Positions 13,764 through 28,955 of a stretch of 64,000 nucleotides of DNA are shown in pieces. Position numbers and translations under genes: made by a program. The notes beneath the pieces were generated by a model. It was given only the letters and a program-made list of their open reading frames with translations, made no database searches and had not been told where the DNA came from. Position 1 is the stretch's first letter, and every line of letters starts with the position of its first letter. This DNA is from Octopus vulgaris (taxonomy: Eukaryota), in NCBI GenBank assembly GCA_951406725.2, contig OX597840.1, forward strand, positions 39,866,001 through 39,930,000, read 5' to 3'.

Positions 13764-14469
13764 AAATGCGTCAAGCTGACAGAATCATTAACACGCCGGA
13801 ATGAATGCCAGCGACTTTTCTCAACGGATTCTTGTTTTGAGTTCAAGAACAACTTTCTCTTCTGATACTGTAATAGCTTTGGACTTTTATATGTGAAAAA
13901 TTGCCACTTAAACCTTTTCACACATTTTAGGGGCTTTTGTTTTCTTACTTTGTAAGTTTGTTTGGGGTTTTTTTTCTGTACTTCGATTTCGAAAATAAAT
14001 TTTCAAATGCTTACAACGTTTGTTCAAATACTTTCATATCACTTCGTATTAGAGATAATTTCTACTGATTGCTTTCAAACGTTATTTTTTAAGTTACAGT
14101 TTTCTCGAAAAATTTTTGGTTTTAATTTGTTAGTATAAAACAAATATTTTATTTTAAGATTTCGACTAAATGCCGTTGAGTATGTCCATTACTCCTGTTG
14201 TCTTCAATTACTCACAAAAGAATTCGAAAGGTTCAATTTTTTCTCTTAAGGATTTATGCTGCCGTTTGGGCTGCGTATAGGAAACGTAGTGGTGATCGTT
14301 GTGGTGGATGCGTTAATATCCCCCAATTGCTGTAACGGGACTGTTCACATATTTCATCAATGTGTGCGTACAGCTTACTCCCACTCAGCTGGTTAGGGTG
14401 TTGCACGCGCGATCACTAGATAGTGAGATCGATTCCCGCTCCCGGCGTATAGTATTAAATATAATCGCA

Positions 14470-15255
14470 CGAACGGGCATGTTCCACATCTATAATTTTA
14501 TTAAACAATTATTTATACAATCCTCCTGTAGACCTACGCACGTTTCAACTGCATCGGCTGCACTTCGTTAAATGTGCATGCTGGTGTTAATGTCAGTACA
14601 ATATCATCAAGGTCATTGTTTACTGCTATTCGAAGTTAATTTGAAGAAATTAGGAAGTTGAATGAATAAATTGCTTTTTGGAATTGTTGGTGTTTAGATA
14701 AAGAGTTGTATTTTTAGTGACCCATGGCTTACCTCAGCTAAGTTTGGCATGTAGAGTGAGGTGTAGTGTTAAATAGGTCACGGTTAGAAAGCTTACCTTC
14801 TAACACATTTTAAGGAGAATTTTTTTTATTTCTAGAGGTATCCTATTAATTATGGTTTATTATTTGCTTTTTTGCTTACACGAATGTCATTCTCGTAATT
14901 TATAATTTTCTTGTTTAATTAAGAATAATGCTTTTACTTGTATTTAATAAAAGCATATTTATGTTTATGAAGGCACCTTACCCACGTTCCTGCCTAGAGT
15001 TTATCAAATTGCATGAAGTGAAAATTTCGTACATTTCAAAGTCTCTTCGTTTACTTTCTATAGCATACGGCTTAGCCCTACTAATCATTTCCCAGCCAAC
15101 TGAATATATTTTATTATTATCGTTTAGAGACCTAATTAATTTGCTTAAGCTCGTAATACACATTTTTTGTTGTTTTTCTTTAATTTTATCTCTAAAAGAA
15201 TTTTCTTCGTTAGCTATTCTTTGTTTGATAAAACATGAGCTGGTACTTATATAGA
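14470..15255 (-). mobile_element. Penelope-like element remnant (GIY-YIG endonuclease fragment plus pLTR)
   Basis: ORF 14978-15283 reads FYISTSSCFIKQRIAN..NSFRDK..TSLSKLIRSL..YSVGWEMISRAKPY..LINSRQE, fitting the PLE GIY-YIG pattern (YIG.T..FKQR..NH..SF..T.LS..IW.LK..Y.I.W.I..A.PY..LN.R.E). Confidence 0.7.
14531..14614 (-). ncRNA. Type I hammerhead motif with long stem II, decayed, in a Penelope 3' region
   Basis: GACC-UUGAUGA-(stem II)-GAAA-CGUGCG-UA-GGUC; stem I GACC/GGUC; C3U change; downstream of the GIY-YIG remnant. Confidence 0.65.
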
Positions 15256-15312
15256 AATAGTATACACACACGCACAAAAACACATATATATGTGTGTGTG
15301 ACCGTGTGTGTA

Positions 15313-15502
15313 TCGTTGGCGATTTTCTTTCAACGTCTTCCCTTCCTTGGACCTTTCCTTTTTCTATGTTCCTGACGAAGAGCTCCTCTTAAAACGTGAA
15401 ATCCTCCTTCTTTCTTTCCTTTCCTGAGCGTCCAATAATACTATACTTGTTCCACGTCCTCGCCTTATTGTGTTTTCTCTTTGTTTATGTTTGGATTAAC
15501 TA
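15313..15502 (+). mobile_element. Mini-element family H1 with decayed hammerhead
   Basis: Homologous to 40023-40210; CTGACGA-A-GAGC retained, 3' half mutated. Confidence 0.75.
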
Positions 15503-16313
15503 TAGTTATGGTATATATATATATGTGTGTGTATAGTTGTGGTGTGTTTTGTTAAGAGTGTAGTATAGTACAGCATAAAGCACGCCCACCTTCAGATTTC
15601 GGCCTGTGTTATCCAGAAGTAGTATTATTGATATGTACTTCTTGGTTTTATTTTTGTACTTCTGTCTTGTGTGAACAGATAGTCGAAAAAAATTGGAGTC
15701 AACTAGCAGTACGGCTGGTCACTTATTTTCAGTCTTTACAATTGTTTCGATGCAACGTAGTTCTCCAAGTGTGCAGCTAAGTGATTATGCAACCGTTTCC
15801 CTGCATTATGAGATCTAATCATGTTTCCTCTAGCGACATGTAAATATTGTCTCCGTAAGTTCAAATTTTAAGCTTCAAATTTTGACATCCTAGCCTCAAG
15901 TACTTTGTAGCCACTGAGTTTATCAAGGCGTGTTGTTGCTGAAAGATCGTTGGCAAACTGGTTTTTTCGTGTCTTTTTTTTCAATTATACATATATAAAT
16001 CACACCATGCGTGTGTGATTTTTCACCGTTGTCAAGGCGATAACGGCAGCAATGCCGACAAACACAATGACAACGAAGACGAAGACGACGATGATGATGC
16101 AGAGGAATGACAATGCTGACAACGGTGAAAATCATATTGATGACGTTAATAAAGCACATGGTACTGTTGATGATGAGCCAAATGACGTAATGCCCATATA
16201 TAGATGTCATCTTATATTTTCCTCAAACAATGTTCCAAGTGTTATATTTACACGTTCTCATAATCTTATCCGCCTCTCTCTACCTATATATATATATATA
16301 TATACATATATAT

Positions 16314-16374
<61 letters not shown>

Positions 16375-16447
16375 TATACACATATATATATACATATATA
16401 TATATATATACATATATATACACATATATATGCACATATATATATAC

Positions 16448-16581
<134 letters not shown>

Positions 16582-16846
16582 TTTCTTATTGCTCCCTCTC
16601 TCCTGCTCTCACTCTTTCTCTCTCTCATTCTCTCTTATAATATACATTTCTGTATAATATTTTGTCGATTCCTTTGAATTTTCCTCGATGTCTCCCTACC
16701 AAACACTTTATCATAATTTAATTACGATCAGTGCATGTATTTTTCACTAATGCGGGCTCCTTCCTAGCAGTCACGTATTTTTTACATACATTCGCGCATA
16801 CACAACACTCATCAATGTATATATGTATCATATTATGCGTACATAC

Positions 16847-16898
<52 letters not shown>

Positions 16899-16997
16899 GT
16901 GTGTGTGTATGTTTATACACACATGAATATATCTCTGTGTACATATGCATAGAACTATCTATCTCTATCTCTATCTATCTATCTATCTATCTACCTA

Positions 16998-17056
<59 letters not shown>

Positions 17057-17160
17057 ATACATATATACATATATATGTATGTTTGTATATCTCACTTTTT
17101 CTATTTATATTTGTTTCATGTATAGATAGTTATATATACGTACATAGTCATGTGTGTGTG

Positions 17161-17204
<44 letters not shown>

Positions 17205-17236
17205 GTATACATATATATATATTTATATATATATAC

Positions 17237-17273
<37 letters not shown>

Positions 17274-17393
17274 ATACATATATTAATATATATATATATA
17301 TGCATACATATATGTATATATATATACATAGTTATAGATATATATATGTGTGTGTGTGTGTGTATGGTTATATATATATACATATATATATAC

Positions 17394-17462
<69 letters not shown>

Positions 17463-17857
17463 GAGAGAGAGAGAGAGAGATCCACGTGTATGTATTTGCG
17501 AAGCTGCTGATGTCCGTGTGTCTTTGAATTTGTGTTACGTTGACGTACACCTCTGTGATAATCTGTATGTTAATGTGTCGCCGCGTGAGTGCGTGCATCG
17601 GTGTGTTTGTTTCAACGTGTGTGTGTGTGATGTCTCATACTTTGATTCTTAATGACTCTGACCGCCAGCAACTCGGAGATGATGGCGAAAAGAAAATTCT
17701 TTTGATATATAATGAACGCATAATCCCCAGATTAACATTATCTCTTTATCACCATAGTAATCTAACTTTAACACAGGCGGATACATGTCACCGGTCCCCT
17801 TCGCACACACCCATACACGCATTCGAACACATACGCATATATACATGTGTATTTTCC

Positions 17858-17889
<32 letters not shown>

Positions 17890-17903
17890 TATACATATAT
17901 GTG

Positions 17904-18020
<117 letters not shown>

Positions 18021-18959
18021 TGAGAGAGAGATGTATACATATATGTATATATATAAATGGATGCAGTTTTCTACGTAATGGTATGTGTGCGAGCTTGCGT
18101 GCCTTGGTGTGTGAGTGTGTGTGTGTATGTGTGTGTGTGAGTGTGTGCATGTGTGTTTCTTGTGTTGTGTGTGGGTGTGTTTGTGTTGTGTTGCGTGTGT
18201 GTGTGTGTGTGTGTATGTTTGCTCATAATAATGATTGAAAAAATAACATTACATAGTATTATTCCCACACCCACACCCTCACCAAACGCTGCCCCTCCCC
18301 CATCATTATTTGATGTTTCCTACCAAATTTGGTGACAATGGACATTATGGTAATTTCATCACACAAGATCGTTATTCCACCACCAGGACCACCACCACCG
18401 GCACCACCACCACCGTCATCATCATCACCACCGCATTTTTCATGTTGATTCTCCTATGAAATATGAAGATAAATTCAATCTTTAGATTACGTGGACGTCG
18501 GTAATTTTCTCGGGGTTTATACCCCAGACATTTTTTTGCACTAATATAGATAGATGGCGCTGATATGAAATATCACATTGTTTTTTTTGGTTTTGTAAGT
18601 CAATCACCATTTCATGCGGCATAGCACTGCAGGTGATTGGAGAGAATCGTGAAGCAGTTGAATATACTATCTCGAAGTATTTGATCCCAATCTTTGCTCT
18701 GAGAGTTCGATTCCTACTGGTTTCATCTTTGGCTTTCGTCCTTTTGGGTTCAATGACAAAATGTACCGAACCATTACGATGGATTAGTGGATCGCTGCTA
18801 AATGTTTGTGGCGGTGTCTGTTGTTTTTAAATCCAAACTTCCTCATGGATATATTTCTGATAGGGGTTGGTACGAAATACGTGATTAAATTTTCCCTGTT
18901 GTTATATTGTATAAGATACAGCACACCCATGGAAATCAAATATTGTAGGGGCGTTTATA

Positions 18960-19526
18960 TTAGGTTGTCCGGAAAGTCCGTGCCGATTTTTAAAAGAAAG
19001 AAAAAGGTCAATAAATATTTGCCGTTACATTTTTAATCAACCAAATATGAACCATTTTGTTGCACAATGCATCTCCATCTTTCCTTTAACTTGAAAATAC
19101 CCTCTTCCCAGAATTGAGGTAGTTTCATGGCAAAGAATTCATCAAGATATCTTTTTACGTCATCCAAGGAATTGAAATTTTTACCTTTAAGACTATTCTG
19201 CAGAGACCCGAATAAGTGGAAATCCGAAGGGGCAATATCTGGTGAATATGAAAGGTGGGGTAACACATCCCAGCCGAGCTGTAGTAATTTTTGTCTGGTT
19301 CCCAAAGCATCAAGTGCCGAAAATGAACTTTCTTATGTTCCATTTTAAAGGGTTACAGAATTAACACAGGTTATAGGTACCCTAACCTTTCTTCCACGAA
19401 AAGATAGCTTAAACTGTGCTCTAAATGGAGGTGTAGTCAAATCCTATTTTATGGATTCAACCATATTCTAAAATAAGTCGAAAGTTAAGCTACTATAAAT
19501 CGGCACGAACTTTCCATATAACCCAA
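18960..19526 (-). mobile_element. Internally deleted mariner with both TIRs
   Basis: 30-bp TIRs TTAGGTTGTCCGGAAAGTCCGTGCCGATTT (5 mismatches) and TA flanks; N-terminus MEHKKVHFRHLMLWE joined to C-terminal LPHLSYSPDIAPSDFHLF...GIFKLKERWRCIVQQNGSY. Confidence 0.92.
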
Positions 19527-19854
19527 TATGTGGTAAAATGTTTAGGGTTCCCAGCAGTCGAATTTCACAATAAGTCTCCCTGACTGAATGCGAGGCGGAG
19601 CTAATTGATTGTGTGTGAAAGACTTACAGTTTTCCCTGCAGGCAAAATTCCAGTCAACGAGCTCCTCGTATTTGAAAGGAAACGCTACCGCTTCGTGTGA
19701 CGACTGGGTAACACCACTCTTGTAGAAGACGTTGCTCTCAGAACGGAAATGGCCAGGAGAGATATCATAAGGGATGTTCTTTGACCCCAGTACATGACTG
19801 GGACCTTCTCGTATCCAACACGGAGAGATAAAATGCAAATTTAATCTCGGTAGA

Positions 19855-20225
19855 TTTTAAAACTCAGAACGTAAACACCCGGAACATATACCGAAAGACA
19901 TTTTTTCCTGATACTCTAACCATCGTGAAAGGCTTGTAATAATAGTTTCAATCTTTGGCACCAGGGCCACAAATTCTACAACCGTTATAAGGAGCAAAAT
20001 TTTGAGGGATAGGGATTTACCGATTACATCGACTCCTGTGGACAAACTAGTATTTATTTTATCGGAAGGATGAAGCATGAAGTCGACCTCAATGGAATTT
20101 GAACTCAAAGCGTAAAGTCCAAGAAGATAATCAATTACATCGACTCCAATGCTCAACTAGTGTTTATATTATCGATTCCGGTGGGATGAAATACAAAGTT
20201 GACCTCGGCAGAATTCGAACTCAAC
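19855..20225 (-). mobile_element. Decayed tandem family D SINE pieces
   Basis: Repeated GATTACATCGACTCC...ATCGA..GGATGAA..AAGTCGACCTC..GAATTTGAACTCA, the reverse complement of family D. Confidence 0.7.
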
Positions 20226-20647
20226 CGTAATATCCACCAAAATGTAAACGGTTCGCTCAGATCTTTGCCCCATCAAAGACTTCTAACATTAAAATATACA
20301 TGACAGTCGTTTAGAGAAATTGAAGAATTTTCCATTATTTGGTTGGATTCCTTTGATTATGGTTGTTGTTTGTCGTAGTATTATTGATGTTGTTGTTGCT
20401 GTTTATGGTGCTGCTGCTGTTGTTGACCTTTATAGTGTTACTCTGATCTCTGCAGATATTGTGATGGCGAAGCAGCATTTCGTGAGTCTTTTACGTTCGA
20501 ATTTCAAATTCTGCCAGGGTCCTTGGTTCTTCTCTAAGAATAATAAATTAATACTCTGTAAAAGTATGGAGTAGTCCTTCAAATTAGTGTTAAATTATTA
20601 AACTAATTCCTATTATATCTGAGCATCGAAAAGAGATATTTACATAA

Positions 20648-20717
<70 letters not shown>

Positions 20718-20991
20718 CCGTCAACGTGACCGACCAGGCTATCAGATGTTGCTACACATCGATGGTCCCAATGCGCTTCGCATTGTTTTAGCCTTCGAAT
20801 GACGCCACCCCGCTGGCTAAGCGAGCAAGCCAACAGAAGAAAGAGTGAGAGAAAGTTGTGGCGAAAGAGTACAGCAGGGATCTCCACCACCCCTGCCGGA
20901 GCTTCGTGGCGCTTTAGGTGTTTTCGCCCGGTCTGGGAATCGAAACCACGACCGCGAGTCCGCTGCCCTAACCACTGGGCCATTGCACCTC

Positions 20992-20992
<1 letters not shown>
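20718..20992 (-). mobile_element. SINE with family B head and an alternative 3' tail
   Basis: 20836-20992 matches the family B head; 20718-20835 (GGCTATCAGATGTTGCTACACATC...) is unrelated to the B tail. Confidence 0.75.
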
Positions 20993-21027
<35 letters not shown>

Positions 21028-21601
21028 CATATATATATGCGTGTGTGTGTGTGTTTTCTATGTATGCATGTATGCATGTATGTATGAGTCAACACCACGT
21101 TCTACTGAAGATAATTTAAAGATAATTTAAAGAGCCGTGCTAACACAGTAGTACGTGGTATGTCTTATTAAAACATGTAATATACATTACAGTATATTTT
21201 GGCTGTATAACGAAATGCCGCGTTCCTATTAGTCATTAATATAATTTACATACCAGCTTCAAGGGATGCGTTTCGTATGCCAATCGGTATACCCAATAAC
21301 CTAACACCGCTATCGGCGGTGGCAATATAAGTAATGTGTACGGAGGCGAGAATTAGTTAGACGGGTGCTTATGAAGGGGCAAAACCTCCCGAAATATGGC
21401 GTATAGACTCATTACCCATTTTTGTCTTCGATCTCATTGTTTGTTTACGTCTGACGTTTCGATACGAAGCTGTGTAGCAAAAATTCAGTGCAGGCTGCAA
21501 TTTCTGTAGAATTAATTTCAACAAAGTAATGTAAAGAGCACTGCTAATGCACTAAGTCGTGGTATTGACTTATAAACGCATTCAATATCCTTTATAGAAT
21601 A

Positions 21602-21992
21602 CTAGCAGTATCGCCTGGCGTTGCTCGGGTTTCTTTGGCTCCTTTAGAATTGGAATTTTTGAAAAGTAAAAATTTTGCATTATGTAGCTTGTTACTCTCT
21701 TTAAGTAAACATTTTTCTGGTTGAAATACACTGAAAAATGGCGACACAGCGGTCAAAAAATCGTAAAAAATAGGGATTTTCATATAAAAAAAGCACCTTT
21801 TTGATGTAAATAATTTTTGGTGTTTACATGGTCCGATTTGAATTTTATCTGCTACGGAATGAAGAGCAAGCCTTCTTCTATCATACTTTCATTTTGGTCA
21901 ACTTGAGCCGCAGGGTCTCGGACGAGATAGTGTTAGTTGAAGGTTACCAAACCTGCCACACGCAGACAACTTCAACTTTATATATAGAGGGA
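21602..21992 (-). mobile_element. Non-autonomous Helitron
   Basis: Minus-strand 3' end CCCGAGCAACGCCAGG hairpin then CGATACTGCTAG followed by T; 5' end TC..TATATATAAAG; same 3' terminus as 33584-33971. Confidence 0.8.
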
Positions 21993-22274
21993 TTATCGTT
22001 GCATAACGAAATACCACATGGCTACAAGTCATCACTATGTATGCACGTATGGTATGTACGTGTTCTTTTGAAGGCGTGTGCATGTCAGCAAGCATCCCTA
22101 CTTGCAACGCGATGCACATATAGATATGTATATTTAATTGACATCTATACAGTGTGCACCCAAGTTGGGGAAGGCTGTGTTTTTTATATACACCTGTGTG
22201 TATGTGTTTAATTAGTTATACACTTTATAACCTCAACTAAAACGTTCCTAAGATCTCCCGTATTTTATTTAAAC

Positions 22275-22993
22275 CCTCTCTCTCTCTCCTTCTCCCATTC
22301 GCCTTTCATTCTCCCCCCTTCTCTCCCCCTCTCTTATGCCGTTTTTTCCTCTCATTCGTTATTCTCTCCTCCCCCACCGTGTTCCATTTTCCCTTCCACT
22401 TATTCTCATTCTCCCTCTTTCTCTCTGTCTTTCTCTCCCTCCCACTCTCTCGCACTTTTTTCCTATCTCTCTGTCCTCCTCTTCGTGCTCCTTCGTCTAA
22501 CTTCTTTTTCTCTCCCCCAACCTTCTTCCTCCATCTACCCGCTCTCTCCCTCTCTCTCTTTCCTATTCATTTCTCTCTCTCATCCTATCCCTCTTTCCTC
22601 ACTTTCCTCTATTCCCTTCACTCAACCTCCGTGTCATCCCCTCTTAATCCTTCTTCTTACTCCACTACCTCTCCATCTCTCTCTCCCTCTATCTCCCCTT
22701 CCCTTCTTTCTCCTTACCTCTCTCTCCCCTTCACTTCCTCACCCCTTCTCTCTCTCTCTTTCAATCCCTTCCCCTCTTCCCCTCACTCAACCTCAGTTTC
22801 ATCCTCTCTCAATCCTTCTTACTCCTCTATCTCTCCGTTTCTCTCCGTCTTTCTCCGTCTCTCTCCGTCTCTCTCAATCTCTATCTCTCTCTCTTTCTCT
22901 CTCTCTCCTATATCTTCCCCACACTCAACCTCTTTCATCCTCTCTCAATCCTTCTTACTCCTCTATCTCTCCGTTTCTCTCCGTCTCTCTCCG

Positions 22994-23032
<39 letters not shown>

Positions 23033-23085
23033 CTATTTCTCTCTCTCATTCTCTCTCTCTCACTCTCTCTCCGTCTCTCTCTCCG

Positions 23086-23124
<39 letters not shown>

Positions 23125-23310
23125 CTATTTCTCTCTCTCATTCTCTCTCTCTCACTCTCTCTCCGTCTCTCTCTCCGTCTCTCTCTCCCTCTCTCTCTCC
23201 CTTCTCTTCTTTCCCCATCCTCTCTCAATCATTCTTACTCTCCGCCTCTCCGTCTTTCTCCGTCTCTCTCAATCTCTCTCTCTCTCTCTCTCTCTCCTAT
23301 ATCTTCCCAT
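22275..23310. repeat. About 1 kb polypyrimidine / (CT)n low-complexity tract with internal duplications
   Basis: Direct; repeated blocks such as CTCAATCCTTCTTACTCCTCTATCTCTCCGT. Confidence 0.92.
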
Positions 23311-24378
23311 CACTCAATCCGCATTACCATACACAGAATCGATTTATGTTTACCATTATTCTTAACCAACTTCCAAGATGTAAAATAACGACTCTGTTAA
23401 TTACATTAAACTATAAGCGTAAATCTAAGACTAAGTCCCCGCAATTTTCAAAATGGCGGATTTAATCTCAATAAAAATAAATAAAGACATTTTGTAAAAT
23501 TCATTTCACGAGTCATTTACCAAAATCACTTCCAATAAACGTTATAATTTTCTCTTCACAAGCAGCATATGAAATTCTTCAAACAGGCTTTGGGAGAAGT
23601 TAGCTTTGCAATTCTTTATGACTAGGACTCATTATTAAATTCTTGACGCTAAAAAAATGTTGTGAGTATGTGTGAGTGTGCATGTGTGTGGTCATTTGTG
23701 TGCGTGTGTGTCTCTTTGTGCGTATATGTGTGCTTATGTATATATGTATATATATATATATGAATATATGAACATACATATGTATATATACATACATATA
23801 GACATCTAGGCCTATTCATATACACATATGTAAATATATACATATATATATATATATACACACACATATACATGGGTGTTTGAGTGTATATATATATGCA
23901 TATATACACATACATATGTATATATACATACATATAGACATATGTCCAAATTTATATACACATATGTAAATATATATATATATATATATGTTGTAGGTAT
24001 GTATATATACATGTATGTATACATATATACATGTATATATCTATACATGTATTTATACACACACACACGCACACATATATATATATTACGTTCTTGATAC
24101 AAAAACAACCACTTCTAGTACTACTACTGTCACCGCCACCATCACTTCCACCACCACTGCTACTACTACTACTACTACTGCTACTACTAAATATTTTGAT
24201 TTGTAGATTGCCAGCCTGATAATTAGACGATCGAGTATATAAATGATGGTGGATTTCTTGATGATTATTTTAAAGATGCACATTTATATACAAGATAGTT
24301 ATCTTAACGAGAGACTGACTCCATAAAACCTGTTAAGCTGGGCGATCAGAAAAAAAAAAGATTTTAAAATAAAATAAA

Positions 24379-24379
<1 letters not shown>

Positions 24380-24427
<48 letters not shown>

Positions 24428-24483
24428 GTAATAATTATGAAGATGGTGATGATGATATAATAATAATAATAATAATAATAATG

Positions 24484-24555
<72 letters not shown>

Positions 24556-24590
24556 GTAATAATTATGAATACGGTGATGATGATATAATA

Positions 24591-24675
<85 letters not shown>

Positions 24676-24764
24676 TAATAATAATAATAATAATAATAAT
24701 ATTAATAATAATAATAATATTAATAATAATAATGGTAATAATTATGAAGATGGTGATGATGATG

Positions 24765-24829
<65 letters not shown>

Positions 24830-24864
24830 GTAATAATTATGAATACGGTGATGATGTAATAATA

Positions 24865-24921
<57 letters not shown>

Positions 24922-24978
24922 ATAATAATAATAATAATAATAATAATGGTAATAATTATGAAGATTGTGATGATGATG

Positions 24979-25032
<54 letters not shown>

Positions 25033-25052
25033 TAATAATAATGATAATAATA
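24380..25052. repeat. (AAT)n with higher-order cassettes
   Basis: GGTAATAATTATGAA cassette at 24427, 24555, 24734, 24829 and 24948. Confidence 0.93.
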
Positions 25053-25128
25053 AAGCGCAACTCCTTCGACGGTTGAATAACGTTAGAATTGTAGCGACAC
25101 TGTTGCTGCTATGAGTTGTTGTTATTGT

Positions 25129-25167
<39 letters not shown>

Positions 25168-25680
25168 CGAAGACGACGACGACGTTGCTCTTGTTTTAGC
25201 GTCCATTTTTGTTAACTTCGTTTATTCCATTCCATCATTTGTCCTCATCAATGGAAATCCACCCGTGATCATCATGTCTTTTATTAGGAAGCTATACGGG
25301 CGTTACTATTTCCTCATTTATTCATTTATTTATTATTGTTTTAAAAGGTTATGTAGTAATCAAATTAGCGCGTAATTGGCTTAATAAAAGAGAGATTTAT
25401 TGGCTGCTATTTCTAGCTGTTTTAAGCCCCCCTACCCACCATTGCTGTAAGTTATTTCTTTAGGTTTCTTCTCCGAGCTTACACATCGAGATAAACTTCG
25501 TATCATTAGCATGTTAAGTGCCTTGTATTGTGTATTGAATGATATCAACGGAATTTATATACACTTAAGAGGACACGACCCTATTAGTAAGAGAAAGAAA
25601 ACTAACTCCTAGCGAATGTTGTTAGCCGTTCTCATACATAGTGATATAATTTACAAAAAAATAGAATTAATTTAGATCAT

Positions 25681-26050
25681 AGGCGCAGGAGTGGATGTGT
25701 GTTAAGTAGCTTGTTTACCAACCACATTCCGGGTTCAGTCCCTCTGTGTGGTACTCTGGGCGAACGTTTTTATTATAGCCTCGGGCTGACCAAAGCCTTG
25801 TGAGTTGATTTGGTAGACGGAATCTGAAAGAAGCCCGTCGTATATATATGTTTGCGTGTGTATGTTTGTCCCCGATCAACGCTTGACAACAGACGTTGGT
25901 GTGTTTACGTCCCCGTAACTTCGCGGTTCGGCAAAAGGGTCCGATACTAGGCTTACAAAGAATAAGTCCTGTTCGACTAATCAGGGGGGGGGGGCTCCAG
26001 CATGGCCGCAGTCAAATGAGAGGAACAAATAAAAGCATAAAAGAATAAAA
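25681..26050 (+). mobile_element. SINE family A, near full length
   Basis: AGGCGCAGGAGTGG head through CAGCATGGCCGCAGTCAAATGA..AAAAG tail. Confidence 0.9.
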
Positions 26051-27389
26051 AGACATGGGAGAACAACTGAAAAATCTGATGTCCAGCAGAGGAAAGGGAG
26101 ATAATTATCATTATGATTTTGCCATATACTACCTCGTCAGCGAGGCTTAATCAAATTAGAAACTACTTACTTATGCGACAGACGTGCTTACGTTTTGAAT
26201 TTGAGGTAGGAAGAGTTTAGTTATGCGATTCATTAAAGAATATAATTAACTAATTGTTAAAGAATATAATTAACTAAATAAAATAATTAAGGTGTGTCAT
26301 AAAATAAAACAGGTTCGTTATAGGTTGATGCACTGAATCAGCTATACCATAGAAATGATAATTAATTTACTTTTGCATTTTAGAGAGAGAAAGGAAACAA
26401 AGACCTATAGGTTGCTATCAGTGACTTTGAAAGAAAAAAGAGGAGATAATTTTGTTATCGAATAATTGACGAGTAGTTGTAGTTGTTATTGTCGTTCTAG
26501 TTGTTTTTATAAAGCCCCTCTTTACTTGATGCTCTAAACATGTGTTTATTCTATTCTACAGTTAATCCTATGCTGCTTCCAGGCCATTGCCAAGAGAACA
26601 AAATTCATCCAACTATTAGAGTAACAGAGATTATCCTAAATGATGGCATTTTATCTGCAAAATAATTAATTCTAATTGCGCTTTGCGAGAAATGAGGAAA
26701 TCTAGGAAAGGTATATATCAAAATCACAAAATCTCGATTTCAGAAGTTCAACATATGGAATGAGCTTTTCTAATGCTATATATTTCCTAAAGTTTTTTGC
26801 ATTTAGTCAGATAATGCAACAGGTTTGGATTTGCAGAATTTACAGACCATTCCAAAGATAGAAACGGAAACCGATAAAACCATTGGCTAATGTGGTGAGG
26901 AAATATTCTTTTACGTTATGGATTAACCATTAGAGAAACAAAATACGATATCGATGAAGAATAGAAACGAGACATCTCTATATTATGCAGCAGATACCTT
27001 AGCATCTGATAAGCCGTTAAAATGGGGCCCTGGATCAAATTCACAGCAATATTTGTGACTTATCTTTATTCTAAGAACAAAAAAGATCCTAATAAATTTT
27101 TTATTGGCAGAATCGCATGCAGACAAGTGTAATTATGAAACAAGTTCTATCAGTAAGATCGGTGTGATATTGGGCAGAAATTCTTATTATAGCTTCGAGA
27201 TGAATTGAATTTCCTGGTAGATATGCATTCAGAAGCACATTTGTGTGTATGCATGTATATATATATTCATATACACCCCTGATTACGTACATGCATACAT
27301 ATACATACACATATATGCATATATATGCGTACATGTACATACATATACGTACACATACGTACATATACATACATACGTATATACATACG

Positions 27390-27441
<52 letters not shown>

Positions 27442-27534
27442 TACACACACACACATATGCACGCGTATACACCTACATATGTAAGTGGAACTGTAAGAAT
27501 ATGTGAGATTTTTTCCGAGCGTTTAAATTCAAAC

Positions 27535-27665
27535 TTCGTCACTGATCTTGAAAAAGTGTAAAGAAGCCATAATAAATCTCTGAACAAGGTATAGACAGTA
27601 ACAGCACGCCAATGTGAAGTATATTTATTATAGCTCGGATACACTTTTTCAAGATCAGTGACGAA
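27535..27665. repeat. Perfect 26-bp inverted repeat with 79-bp spacer
   Basis: TTCGTCACTGATCTTGAAAAAGTGTA (27535-27560) and its exact reverse complement (27640-27665). Confidence 0.92.
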
Positions 27666-27732
27666 AAATCACTGGAAAAAGGATATAAATATTTGCATTG
27701 GGACCCTTCCATCGAAAACCGGTGATTGTCGA

Positions 27733-27771
27733 GCGCCGATGATGAGTCAATACCCAGAAACTGTAGTCCGT
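27733..27771 (+). ncRNA. Decayed minimal hammerhead motif
   Basis: GCG-CCGAUGA-UGAGU-CAAU-ACCCA-GAAA-CUGUAG-UC-CGU; near-palindromic helix III. Confidence 0.5.
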
Positions 27772-27977
27772 GCGTATCACTTAGGTTGACGAGGAAGGAT
27801 GACCTCCCTTTGCAAATACCGATAGGGCACAGAAAGTGTGTGAATAGCCAGCTGGAGAAGATGTTCTCCTGGGGCTATAAGCTACAGTAACACCCACCCT
27901 TAGTGGTTAGCCATATTTAGATGGCAAATATACTTCACATTGTCGTGCAGTTACTGTCTATACTTCGTTCAGAGATT

Positions 27978-28012
<35 letters not shown>

Positions 28013-28424
28013 GTATATATATATATGTATATAGTTATATATACGTATGTGTGTGTGCGTGTGTGTATGTGCGTGCTTGTATGTGCGTGTGCGTTGTTGT
28101 GTGCGTGTCTGTGCACGTGATAACAAAGTTCTCCATTTTTGATATTGACGGAAGATTTAAACATCTGCTACAAAACAGAAAACTTTAAAATGTCTTTGAA
28201 TAAACCTGTCACGTGATATCACTTTCAATAATGGTTTTTTTTTCGCCCCGCAGACAATCCACCGTTACTGCACACGACGTCTTCACACGCAGCCAACCAT
28301 AGAAACAAACGGACAATTACAAACCTGCAACCAACGCCATTCTGTTCGCAATATCCGTTATAAGACATACGACTAAATAACTAAAAGTCACAGATTTAAG
28401 CAAGAAATCTTCATACATTATATT

Positions 28425-28955
<531 letters not shown>

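Noticed and set aside
19542-19838. 98-aa minus-strand ORF in GC-richer sequence
   Set aside because: No recognisable motif; it lies between repeats and is likely a transposon relic.
22379-23465. Two Ser/Leu/Pro-rich ORFs of about 327 aa
   Set aside because: Artefacts of a (CT)-rich tract that cannot encode stop codons.
24427-24975. Regularly interspaced cassettes as a CRISPR-like array
   Set aside because: The spacers are only (AAT)n, not unique sequence.
28240-28375. Plus-strand acceptor-like TTTTCGCCCCGCAG followed by about 40 open codons
   Set aside because: No homology or partner exon; such sites are expected by chance.
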